Virus record (IMG/VR): IMGVR_UViG_3300009314_000709
Location: 1 to 64,000 of that record
DNA: 64,000 nt
DNA from: a virus
Strand: one strand, 5' to 3'
Shown here: positions 1 to 8,636 of the stretch, one piece after another
How positions within the stretch are numbered: position 1 is the first letter of the stretch
Layout of the letters: each line of letters begins with the position of its first letter
The notes under the pieces: model-generated
Told to the model about the DNA's origin: nothing
What the model saw: only the letters and a program-made list of their open reading frames with translations
Database searches by the model: none
Made by a program: the position numbers and the translations under genes

Positions 1-121
1 GGCGGGGGGAGAGGGGTGGTGAGATGAAATGACCTGCCGTCGCCCAGAAAAACTACAGTCAGAGTGGGGCCACAGACGATAACTACACTATGAATTGCAC
101 CCAGAGGAACTCACTTACAGT

Positions 122-1750
122 ATGAGTAGCAAGTACATTATGGTAGTCGGCGGTGTCATCAGCGGCACTGGGAAAGGCATCTCAGCAGCGAGTCTTGGTC
201 TTCTATTGAAAATGCGGGGCAGCGCCGTCCAGGTAGCCAAGTTCGATCCTTACCTCAACTTGAACGCTGGAACCATGAACCCTCGCCAGCATGGCGAGGT
301 GTTTCTTTGTAATGACGGTACGGAAACCGATCTTGATCTAGGGCATTACGAACGCATCACGGGTCTTGAAGTCTCTGCGAAGAACATTTGGACCAGTGGT
401 GTGATGTACAAAGAAATTCTCGACGACGAAGAAGAGGGCAAGTACCTTGGCCAGACAGTACAGATCATTCCACACGTGACAGACAAGATACAAGCTCGGC
501 TGAAGATGCTTGGCGAGGGTGCCGACATAGTGATCGTGGAGATTGGAGGCACGGTGGGAGATTTGGAATCCGGTCCCTATTACGAAGCCATCCGCCAGTT
601 CAAGCAGAAGCAACCAGATGACGTACTGCTTGTTTTGGTTGCTCCGATTCTTTGGGTGCCCACAATCAAGGAACACAAAACGAAGCCGCTTCAGAATGCT
701 GTCAAGGCAATGCAGTCGCATGGATTGCAGACTGATATGTTATTGTGCCGTGTTGATGGTATAGTTCCTGATCGAACCTTGGACAAGGTTGCGAACTTGA
801 CGAACATACCACGTGAGGCCGTCTTCCAGGCCCCAGATGTTTCCTCGATATATCAAGTGCCTATTGAGTTCTACAATCGCCACATTGATGACTTCGTAGC
901 AGATCGTTTTCATCTGCGCCGCAATGGTGTGAGGATACACAAATACCGTGACCTGGTTGAGAAGTACATACACGCCGAAGAGTTACCAGAGATTGAAATT
1001 GGAATCGTTGGTAAGTACGAGAACTGCGACGAAGCATACCTCTCCCTGAAAGAGGCGATCTATCATGCTGGTGTATCCAACAGTGCCAGAGTAAAGGTCA
1101 GATGGATATCTGCCGAAGCGTTGGAGAGCGCCAAAGACTTCCGTGGTGTTTGGCATCATTTCAATGGCCTGTCTGGAGCGATTGTTCCTGGAGGGTTTGA
1201 TAGTCGTGGCGTAGAGGGAAAGATCAGGGCTGCGGGATATTGTCGAGAGAAAAGGATTCCATATTTAGGGATTTGCCTTGGGCTGCAATGTGCGGTAATT
1301 GAGTTTGCTCGGCATATTGGCATGGAGAACGCCACAAGCACTGAATTTGATCCCAAGACGAATACGCCTGTTATTCACTTCGTTCCCGGCCAAGAGGCTA
1401 TTAGGAAGAAGTGTGGGACAATGCGACTGGGGGCATACGACTGCATCGTAGAGAAAGACACGCTCGCTCGTACATTATACAAAAAGCGGTTGATCTTTGA
1501 GCGGCACCGTCACAGATACGAAGTAAACGATGAGTACGTTGAGAAGTATGCCGAGAACGGGTTCTATGTATCAGGAAGGCATCCTGATACTAACTTAATA
1601 GAGATCATGGAACTGGACCAAGAGGGGCATCCATTCTTCATAGGAACACAGGCTCACCCGGAGTTTCGATCACGACTTGGTTCACCGAATCCTCTGTTTG
1701 ATGGATTGATTGCTGCTGCTATGGAATTCAGCGAGAAAGATGATAGATAG
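122..1750 (+). CDS. pyrG: CTP synthase
   Basis: GGVISGTGKG P-loop, HGEVF..DG.ETDLDLGHYER, GATase LGICLG and QAHPEF motifs; ATG at 122 preferred over TTG 95. Confidence 0.97.
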   Translation: MSSKYIMVVGGVISGTGKGISAASLGLLLKMRGSAVQVAKFDPYLNLNAGTMNPRQHGEVFLCNDGTETDLDLGHYERITGLEVSAKNIWTSGVMYKEILDDEEEGKYLGQTVQIIPHVTDKIQARLKMLGEGADIVIVEIGGTVGDLESGPYYEAIRQFKQKQPDDVLLVLVAPILWVPTIKEHKTKPLQNAVKAMQSHGLQTDMLLCRVDGIVPDRTLDKVANLTNIPREAVFQAPDVSSIYQVPIEFYNRHIDDFVADRFHLRRNGVRIHKYRDLVEKYIHAEELPEIEIGIVGKYENCDEAYLSLKEAIYHAGVSNSARVKVRWISAEALESAKDFRGVWHHFNGLSGAIVPGGFDSRGVEGKIRAAGYCREKRIPYLGICLGLQCAVIEFARHIGMENATSTEFDPKTNTPVIHFVPGQEAIRKKCGTMRLGAYDCIVEKDTLARTLYKKRLIFERHRHRYEVNDEYVEKYAENGFYVSGRHPDTNLIEIMELDQEGHPFFIGTQAHPEFRSRLGSPNPLFDGLIAAAMEFSEKDDR

Positions 1751-1753
1751 ATT

Positions 1754-2134
1754 ATGCGATTGGATTTCACTCTTTATTTGCTAAACGAACAGCGGGCATA
1801 TTTAGGCCAAAAACTAGGCGACATCCTCACAGCCGTCCAGAACCTACACGATGACGCTGCTAATCTTGGCACAAGACAACTCACAAAAGCCACCGATGGT
1901 ATCGTGAAGCAGATACGGCGCATCATCAAAGATGACTGGCCGGATACTGAACTTCCCACTCTACAAAGTCTCCAACGAGTTGCAGTTGCTTTGGCAAAAG
2001 CGATTGACGAAAATGCCGACCTGAAGGATGTGATAGCCGGAGCCGCCCAAGAACTACAAAAGGCATCTGGCGATCTCGAAGAACCTGTTAACACCCTCGG
2101 TAGTGAAGATGAGCCGCCCGCCGACGAATCGTGA
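1754..2134 (+). CDS. hypothetical helical protein with N-terminal F-x-x-Y-L-L-x-E motif (putative virion-internal protein)
   Basis: 126-aa ORF starting MRLDFTLYLLNE; TAGATA 4 nt before ATG. Confidence 0.7.
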   Translation: MRLDFTLYLLNEQRAYLGQKLGDILTAVQNLHDDAANLGTRQLTKATDGIVKQIRRIIKDDWPDTELPTLQSLQRVAVALAKAIDENADLKDVIAGAAQELQKASGDLEEPVNTLGSEDEPPADES

Positions 2135-2203
2135 TTGACTGGTTTTATCAGTAAATCTATAACGGCGGCTCGATGATTTGTTACCTTGCCACGAGGATTT
2201 CTC

Positions 2204-4501
2204 ATGTGTGGAATTGTAGGGTTTATTGGTGAGCCCTTAGACAGCCGATTGGCGTTTGAGTTGTCAACAAACCTATTGGCGAGAACTGAAATACGGGGCG
2301 ATGATGCTTCGGGGTATTGGGCTTGTGACACGTTGCCAGAAGATCAAGGGTGTGTTTACTGGACGAAGGCCCCCAAGAAAGCCAGCGACTTCGTTAAGGG
2401 CGACGGCTGGCAGGCGATCAAAGATATTAAGCTGAATCTTCTTATCTCACATTGTCGCCGATCTACAGTCCGAGGCAGCGAAAACAAGAACCGCAACAAC
2501 CATCCATTCCTAAGTAGCGATTCTCGCACAGCGCTTGTTCATAATGGTAACGTCCCCGAGTTTGATTCGCTTCGGAGCGACTATGATGTAATGAGCGAAT
2601 GCGACAGCGAGATTCTACTTCGTATGATGGAGCGTGGTCCTCATTACAATCTTGAATACCTGCGGCAACAACTTGGACGCCTCAAAGGCAGTGGCGAGAA
2701 AGCTATCAAAGATTGCCCGGATGAAGAAGTCCCATTGTGGAGCCACAGTCTTCTCGGACTCGTCGACATCTTTGCTCGAATCAATTACGGCGCAATGGCC
2801 GTAGCGATTGGAGAACGGTGGGAAGACGGAACACGAGCCCTCTGGTTATTCCGTGATCGAGAAAGGCCGCTACAAGTCATAGACATGCGGGAATCTCTCA
2901 ATCAGGTCTACGTTGTTTCCGAAAAGCGAATTTGGCGAGAAGCGGTCGAAGCGACACCAAACGCCAGACGGTACGTCAAAGGCTCGACTCCGATCATTGA
3001 ATTTCCGCCGATGTACATCTGGCTGCTGACCTACCGGGAGGGCGAGAAAAACAAGTTTGGCGTGAGGAAGTTCCGCATCAATCGCCAGCGCCGTCACGAT
3101 ACAACATTCGAGGAAGAGCGCCCAGACGATTTGGTTCAGCCAACAAACCGGGGGGCGATTCGTGTTGTCACAAATCTCAAGCACGACCACGAACAAGATC
3201 ACACAAATGGCGTCACGGCGCACGAACCGACCGCCTCCGACAGCACACCAGTAAAGAAGAGCGACGACAAAGGAAAGAAAACCGAGTCAAAAAAAAACGT
3301 AAGCGCCCCCTCACCGCCCACCCACACTTCTTCACCGGAGCCCGACGAGACCTCAAACCAGACGTATGAAGACTGGCCGGGGGAAGTCTACCCTTTTGTG
3401 AGCCGCTACCTGACTACCTTCTTTGAAATGCCGACCGCCGAAAGAAGCCGTCCGGCCATGAGTCAGGTGGTACAATTGCGAACCACCGCATATTCGCCCA
3501 GTCTTAGCATCCCTGATCCAAGCGACAAAGCGATTGTACTAGGCAATCCGCACTACCGAGACTGGGCTAATGCGCTCAAAGCCAAACATGGCTGGCATGA
3601 TCGAGTCCGCCAATCAGAGGGCGTAGCCAAGCGAGACATAATATCTCTCTGGGTCATCCTTAGAGAAGCCCGAGAAGCCTGGCAAGCTATGCCTAGTGAT
3701 GAGCCGGTCTCCGCCTTCACGAACAACCTAGCTCCCACAGATTGCTTCGAGCACATGATACGGTTGATCGACGCTCGTACCAAAGTGTCGCATAGACCGT
3801 GGCCAACGGGAATGACCGCTGGGCTAACGGATACCTTCAAAACACTGCAAGAGCAACTGACGGAAGCAGCGGTACGTCTTCGGGATCAGGATGAAGAATT
3901 TCCCGACATGACGAACTACGAGGCAGAACTTACGAAGGATCATTACCACCGGTGGGCCAAAGTTCTCCAGGCACGACATCAATGGAACGATGCGGCCTGG
4001 AGAAACGGTATCGATGTTAAGTTGTTCTTCTTACTCTCCGAAGTACACAACTCCTGGAGAGGGCATATGCGAACCGTGTATGCCGACGTTCCATTTGATG
4101 CCGATGATCCACCGAGCATGGCCTGTGAAGCTATTGGGGCTGCGAATGCTCAAGTACGAGTGCGGAAGCCGCCCTTTGAAGACGACGAGGAAGAAGACGA
4201 AGGCGAGAACGGAGATCACGAAGTAGAGCGTCCCCTAGGCGTGATAAGGACCGACAGAATGACTGTACACGAATCAGAACCAGGCCAACTCGACATGGAT
4301 AAAGTGGAAGAGTTCAATGACTCTCTCCACAAGTTACGAGAAATTCTTGCCGGGATTGATACCGGCGTAAACGAGTTGATCCGAGAAAAGACAATCAACA
4401 ACACCGAATTGCACGAGATTGTCGACAGCCTCAAGGATGCTGTGCAAGACATGGAAGGACTGAACATCATCGCCGAGAGCTACACGAAACAAGCAACTTA
4501 A
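2204..4501 (+). CDS. class II glutamine amidotransferase (Ntn) domain fused to a long unknown C-terminal region
   Basis: MCGIVG start gives N-terminal Cys; RGDDASG, SHCR, NNHPF, VHNG, SECDSE motifs. Confidence 0.88.
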   Translation: MCGIVGFIGEPLDSRLAFELSTNLLARTEIRGDDASGYWACDTLPEDQGCVYWTKAPKKASDFVKGDGWQAIKDIKLNLLISHCRRSTVRGSENKNRNNHPFLSSDSRTALVHNGNVPEFDSLRSDYDVMSECDSEILLRMMERGPHYNLEYLRQQLGRLKGSGEKAIKDCPDEEVPLWSHSLLGLVDIFARINYGAMAVAIGERWEDGTRALWLFRDRERPLQVIDMRESLNQVYVVSEKRIWREAVEATPNARRYVKGSTPIIEFPPMYIWLLTYREGEKNKFGVRKFRINRQRRHDTTFEEERPDDLVQPTNRGAIRVVTNLKHDHEQDHTNGVTAHEPTASDSTPVKKSDDKGKKTESKKNVSAPSPPTHTSSPEPDETSNQTYEDWPGEVYPFVSRYLTTFFEMPTAERSRPAMSQVVQLRTTAYSPSLSIPDPSDKAIVLGNPHYRDWANALKAKHGWHDRVRQSEGVAKRDIISLWVILREAREAWQAMPSDEPVSAFTNNLAPTDCFEHMIRLIDARTKVSHRPWPTGMTAGLTDTFKTLQEQLTEAAVRLRDQDEEFPDMTNYEAELTKDHYHRWAKVLQARHQWNDAAWRNGIDVKLFFLLSEVHNSWRGHMRTVYADVPFDADDPPSMACEAIGAANAQVRVRKPPFEDDEEEDEGENGDHEVERPLGVIRTDRMTVHESEPGQLDMDKVEEFNDSLHKLREILAGIDTGVNELIREKTINNTELHEIVDSLKDAVQDMEGLNIIAESYTKQAT

Positions 4502-4540
4502 TCGGAATATGCGCACTCCTTTAGTTTGTAGGAGTGTGCT

Positions 4541-5101
4541 ATGCCCGATGATGATTTCGCATATGAGGTTGACAACGTTCTCGCCGAGGCGGAAAAGCAA
4601 AAACGCTCAAAGAAAAAGAAGAACTCAGGTGACAAAGGCGACCGTGGCGAGCGGATGCTGTGCCAGGTTCTCAACAGGCATTTTGACACCAATGAATTCA
4701 CACGTGTTTTGGGTAGCGGCAACCGATGGAGCCAAGTTGAGTTTGTTAAGAAGGATTACATAGGTGATGTCGTATGCCCGGACGATTTTAGGTTCGTTGT
4801 TGAATGTAAATTCGGGTACACCGACGAACTTGATCTGTACTCAGCTATAGCGAGCGGACATTACCTGCTCGACGAATGGACCAGCAAGGCCGAAGACTAT
4901 GCGGAACGATCTGGCCGTGATCCTATCATTTGTTGGAAACGTGAGTATCTTCCTTGGCTCGGTATCGTAAAGACAAGCGCCTTAGACCAAGAATTCGATT
5001 TCCAGTTTAAGTACAGAAATTGGACCAGCACGGCGCTAGACAACCTACTCGCACTAGGTAAGGAGTTCTTCTATGTCCGACAAGGCAAAGAGGATGGATG
5101 A
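4541..5101 (+). CDS. Holliday junction resolvase-like PD-(D/E)XK nuclease
   Basis: NS..KG.RGER, F.RV.GSG, GDVVCP, VECKFG motifs. Confidence 0.8.
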   Translation: MPDDDFAYEVDNVLAEAEKQKRSKKKKNSGDKGDRGERMLCQVLNRHFDTNEFTRVLGSGNRWSQVEFVKKDYIGDVVCPDDFRFVVECKFGYTDELDLYSAIASGHYLLDEWTSKAEDYAERSGRDPIICWKREYLPWLGIVKTSALDQEFDFQFKYRNWTSTALDNLLALGKEFFYVRQGKEDG

Positions 5102-5360
5102 ACGCTATCGGGAGGAACTTCAACTTGAACTTAGTCTTCGAGTACCGAGGTTCCAAAAGACCTACGACGAAGACGTAGCCCACTTCTTGTACTCCAAAGG
5201 CTATGGCTACCATGACGTGGCAATGGCGCTAATCGCACTACAACGCAAAACAAATGAGCAAGACCCGCAGTACGGACGATGGGTTGAGGGCGGCTGTGGT
5301 GATGAGCTTTTCGTCGAGACAGACACCGAGTGCCTGGACTCACGTGAAATACTTGACTGA
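5094..5360 (+). CDS. hypothetical protein
   Basis: ORF overlapping resolvase stop, AAGAGG upstream. Confidence 0.6.
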   Translation: MDERYREELQLELSLRVPRFQKTYDEDVAHFLYSKGYGYHDVAMALIALQRKTNEQDPQYGRWVEGGCGDELFVETDTECLDSREILD

Positions 5361-5393
5361 GATTTGTTAAGGAATAATCGGCGACGTGCCGAT

Positions 5394-5520
5394 TACATAG
5401 TGTGGGAGAAAATACCGTGGGGTCGCTGACTCCGGCCCTGAAGACTAATGCCCAATGCGGTTGAGGGTACTCCCAGCCCGTCGTTTCCAACACGGCGGAC
5501 AACCCCAAGGAGAGTTTAGA
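5394..5520 (+). promoter_or_regulatory. TACATA promoter-like motif followed by a structured 5' leader
   Basis: TGGGAG..TACC/GGTACTCCCA, GGGGTC/GGCCCT and CCGTCGT/ACGGCGG inverted repeats before SD AAGGAGAG. Confidence 0.45.
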
Positions 5521-6372
5521 ATGCCTTACTCGCAACGTTTTGTCGCCTCCGTCGTCGTTGACGGACAGGTTCAGAAAGAGAGCCCTGATGGCTCGGTCGA
5601 AATTCCTTTCGGCTCCGAGTACACCCTTCGTTTCCGCAACAAGCACCGTAACCGTCGTGCCGTTGTAAAGCTCTGGATTGACGGTGAGGAGCAATCCATA
5701 GGTGGGTACGTGATCCCGCCTAGCTCGTTCAAAGATATCGAGCGGAATAGCCACTCACCGCACAGGTTCAAGCTGGTTAATCCCCACTCCGCTGACGCCC
5801 AGGCGCACGGTAAGGATGAACACAACGTCGAAGGTTACAACGGCGTTGTGGAAGCAAGGTTCTACCTCGAAAAAGAACAGCCGCAGGAAGTCCACCATCA
5901 CCACCATCACCACCATGACCACTACCATCCCGTGCCACGACCACCACGGCGTCCGCCGTGGCAACCGTACCCCTACGAGACTTTCTCGTTGGATGCGAAG
6001 AGGGACTCGGGAGGGCCACGTGGACAAAGCGCCGGTGGTGAACAGGAGATGAGGACATGCTCTACAAACGCAGCCGACTACGACGAGGCTGAGTGCGCAC
6101 CCGAATTTCTATCGATGGGTGCCACCGAAGCGGAAGCAGCGCCAAAGAGAGCCAGCGCTAAGCGGGCCATGCGGCGTAGCACTGTCGCCGGTGTGACTGT
6201 TGAAGGGAGCAGGTCGAGCCAAACCTTCCGCAAGGTGGATATTGATCTGGAAGAACAATTCACACCCATCAAGTTGATCTTGAAGGGTTATCACGCCGGT
6301 CCCACGGAAGTGGACGAAGTGGAAGTGCTAGACGACGCCGACGTGGTCGAGGCCACTTCAAAAAAAGCCTAA
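5521..6372 (+). CDS. hypothetical protein with His-rich insert; -1 frameshift would extend it to 6485 with a zinc ribbon
   Basis: IPFGSEY.LR..N....RA.V...IDG motif; poly-His tract; ends TCA AAA AAA GCC TAA. Confidence 0.8.
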   Translation: MPYSQRFVASVVVDGQVQKESPDGSVEIPFGSEYTLRFRNKHRNRRAVVKLWIDGEEQSIGGYVIPPSSFKDIERNSHSPHRFKLVNPHSADAQAHGKDEHNVEGYNGVVEARFYLEKEQPQEVHHHHHHHHDHYHPVPRPPRRPPWQPYPYETFSLDAKRDSGGPRGQSAGGEQEMRTCSTNAADYDEAECAPEFLSMGATEAEAAPKRASAKRAMRRSTVAGVTVEGSRSSQTFRKVDIDLEEQFTPIKLILKGYHAGPTEVDEVEVLDDADVVEATSKKA

Positions 6373-6404
6373 CGGCGACTGCTAGGCCAACGTCCGCAGT
6401 CGCC
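6360..6404 (+). other. candidate -1 programmed ribosomal frameshift signal
   Basis: A_AAA_AAA (6360-6366), 7-nt spacer, perfect 9-bp stem GGCGACTGC/GCAGTCGCC; -1 frame encodes CSNCG...CHVCG to TAG 6485. Confidence 0.7.
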
Positions 6405-6501
6405 ACAAGCTACTGCTCGAACTGTGGTGCAAAGAGGAAGCCCCCAGGGGCGAAATATTGCCATGTCTGCGGTCACAAGTACTAGAGGTGGTTTACCACA
6501 A

Positions 6502-6543
6502 GAAACCCCGCCCCGGCCGTTGGCCGGGGCGGGGTTTCGCTTT
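6502..6543 (+). terminator. intrinsic terminator
   Basis: GAAACCCCGCCCCGGCC/GGCCGGGGCGGGGTTTC hairpin followed by T-rich tail. Confidence 0.8.
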
Positions 6544-6559
6544 ATGAAAAGGTAGCACG

Positions 6560-7045
6560 ATGCCTAAGTCCTTCGCTCTCGCCCTGAATCACCACATGGT
6601 TGGACAACTCGCTGGCCCTGGTGACTTTCCTTTACCGGCCACGCCGAAACCGATAGACCTCTCTTTGATCGAGTTTGAGCGTGAACCTCGCAACGGAGAG
6701 AAAACATTCATTGAAGGCTTCTGGTTTGATGCTACTTGGTATGATTTGCTCTCCCAAGCGTCCACCGAAGCGCAAATGCGAGAAGTCGCTCGCCACATGT
6801 CCCTAGAGCAGCTATCGCATGACTTTGCTACAGTTAGTTACCAAGACGATGTATCCACGATAAGCCAGGCTACTCGCAACACGGTTATCAAGGTCGTCGA
6901 GGAAGAGTTAACGGGCCGAAAATCTACATCCCAGCTTCCACCTCGTGGGTTACTCGATCCAGATTACGTGCCGCCAACCAAACGCCAAAGGTCAAACGAA
7001 GCGCCCGAACCCGAGATCACGACAGAAAGAGACATCATCCTTTAA
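6560..7045 (+). CDS. hypothetical protein
   Basis: 161-aa ORF, AAAGG upstream. Confidence 0.7.
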   Translation: MPKSFALALNHHMVGQLAGPGDFPLPATPKPIDLSLIEFEREPRNGEKTFIEGFWFDATWYDLLSQASTEAQMREVARHMSLEQLSHDFATVSYQDDVSTISQATRNTVIKVVEEELTGRKSTSQLPPRGLLDPDYVPPTKRQRSNEAPEPEITTERDIIL

Positions 7046-7103
7046 CTGTGTGCAAAGCGATGGCTCGCCGCAGATAATCTTCACACCATTCATTAACATG
7101 AAA

Positions 7104-7688
7104 TCAAGCCTTTTGTGGCATCAAGCTCTTATCTCCATGTTTCGCCATAATCTTTCTGTAACCTGCACGAGTCATCCGTTCTCCAGCATCTGTCATTTGA
7201 CCAATCTGCATTTTTCCTGACAGGAATCTGGGATCGTTTTCCATAAACATGACTAGCAAATCAGACCCAATTCCCAGTTTCTGGTATGGTCGCTCGACCC
7301 AAACTCCAATCGTACCGAATTCGTTGCTCGTAAAACCAACGGGCTCCTCATTGACAAAGGCAACGATTGTCTGATCGTGCGTAGGAAGTCCGCTGTTTCG
7401 GATTTCCTCATCTGTCATATCAACAACTAACCCTCGTGCGTCTCGTTTGATATCTCCATTAACGTCGTGAGCAACATACGCATTCTTTTTACCAGACTGC
7501 CGGAACTCTACCATATGCGGCCCGTACTCTTTAGAGGAAAGCAAGACAGGATATTTCGATTTGGGGCCTAGCCAAGACAATCCCCCAGGTTCCTCATATC
7601 GCTCGTAAGATGAGGCGGGAATCCATCCAGTTTTATGGTGTTGCAGAAACTCGTCTTCGGTGGTTTCTAGCCATCGCTTGAAGTTCAT
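7104..7688 (-). CDS. GNAT acetyltransferase with capsid-targeting-like N-terminus
   Basis: VWVERPYQKLGIGSDLL acetyl-CoA motif A; starts MNFKRWLE. Confidence 0.75.
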   Translation of the reverse strand: MNFKRWLETTEDEFLQHHKTGWIPASSYERYEEPGGLSWLGPKSKYPVLLSSKEYGPHMVEFRQSGKKNAYVAHDVNGDIKRDARGLVVDMTDEEIRNSGLPTHDQTIVAFVNEEPVGFTSNEFGTIGVWVERPYQKLGIGSDLLVMFMENDPRFLSGKMQIGQMTDAGERMTRAGYRKIMAKHGDKSLMPQKA

Positions 7689-7708
7689 GCAGATATATAG
7701 CAGGCAAC

Positions 7709-8458
7709 TTAGTGATATATCTGGATTGGTTGCTTGTCGCTGATGAAAATGTTAGGCCCGAGGCGGGCTTCAAACCACACGTTGTAGAGACCGCAATCGA
7801 AGTCCGAGTCTTCCGTCGTGTCGAGCAGGTAGTAACCAGTGCACCCGTCACGTTCGGTGATCTGTTCTCGATCCACGATCAAACGCAGGTCTTCTTCCTC
7901 CGGCAGACAATCTCCACACTTCTGTTCGATGGAGAGGTAGAGCAAGCCCGCCACGGCCATATTCTCGTAGTATCGTTGTTTGTCCGTTCCCCTGGGCACA
8001 TCCGGCCGCACGGTAACTTCCAGGTACTTCTTGCTCCCGATTACAACTTGATTTGGTCGGAACTCGAAACTGAAGTCATGGACGATAGGCGCACTGTCGG
8101 TGAACCAGATTGTAGGCAGGATGCGGAAGGACATTGGGGATTGGCAAACGGACGACCCTTCCTCGAAGACCACATACCAGTCGTCTTGGAAATTCCCTTG
8201 TGTGAAGAGCGGCACATCTAATGGCAGATCGATGTGGTATTGACCTACATCATCCTTGACGATATCAGCGGCTTCAACGGTTTGTACCAAGCTGCGCCCC
8301 AGCGGATTCTCGCTAGTTGCTTCTACAACATACAGCTTGTAGATTTCTACTTTTTGAAGCTCATCCGGGTCAGCGAAATCACTTCCATTGAAAGCAAAGA
8401 ATTTCAAGCGAACAGTATCGCCAACCAAGGGGTTCTGGTTACGTTCTTTGAGGGCCAT
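7709..8458 (-). CDS. hypothetical beta-rich protein, probably virion structural
   Basis: two similar beta modules (DVGQYHI..G.FQDDW / CTGYYLL..GLYNVW); downstream of baseplate genes. Confidence 0.55.
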   Translation of the reverse strand: MALKERNQNPLVGDTVRLKFFAFNGSDFADPDELQKVEIYKLYVVEATSENPLGRSLVQTVEAADIVKDDVGQYHIDLPLDVPLFTQGNFQDDWYVVFEEGSSVCQSPMSFRILPTIWFTDSAPIVHDFSFEFRPNQVVIGSKKYLEVTVRPDVPRGTDKQRYYENMAVAGLLYLSIEQKCGDCLPEEEDLRLIVDREQITERDGCTGYYLLDTTEDSDFDCGLYNVWFEARLGPNIFISDKQPIQIYH

Positions 8459-8465
8459 ATTCGTC

Positions 8466-8636
8466 CTAGTTATTCTTATTCAGTTCCTTATGTTCCTTCT
8501 CACGCTGCTCTACGAACTGGTCGATAAAAAACCGACGTTCGATTGGACTGAGCGTTAGCTTTATGACATTGATCGGTTGTCTCAAGTGGTAGGCGATGAA
8601 GAACATTTCTTCCCACAACCACTTGTTGTATGTCAT
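8466..8636 (-). CDS. gp51-like baseplate/tail assembly chaperone (56 aa, not in ORF track)
   Basis: manual translation MTYNKWLWEEMFFIAYHLRQPINVIKLTLSPIERRFFIDQFVEQREKEHKELNKNN; ATGA overlap with upstream gene. Confidence 0.75.
   Translation of the reverse strand: MTYNKWLWEEMFFIAYHLRQPINVIKLTLSPIERRFFIDQFVEQREKEHKELNKNN

Noticed and set aside
3287-3301. TCA AAA AAA AAC slippery-like A9 run at the domain boundary of the GAT-II gene
   Set aside because: The ORF is already continuous, alternative frames stop quickly and no clear stimulatory stem follows; a truncating shift is possible but unsupported
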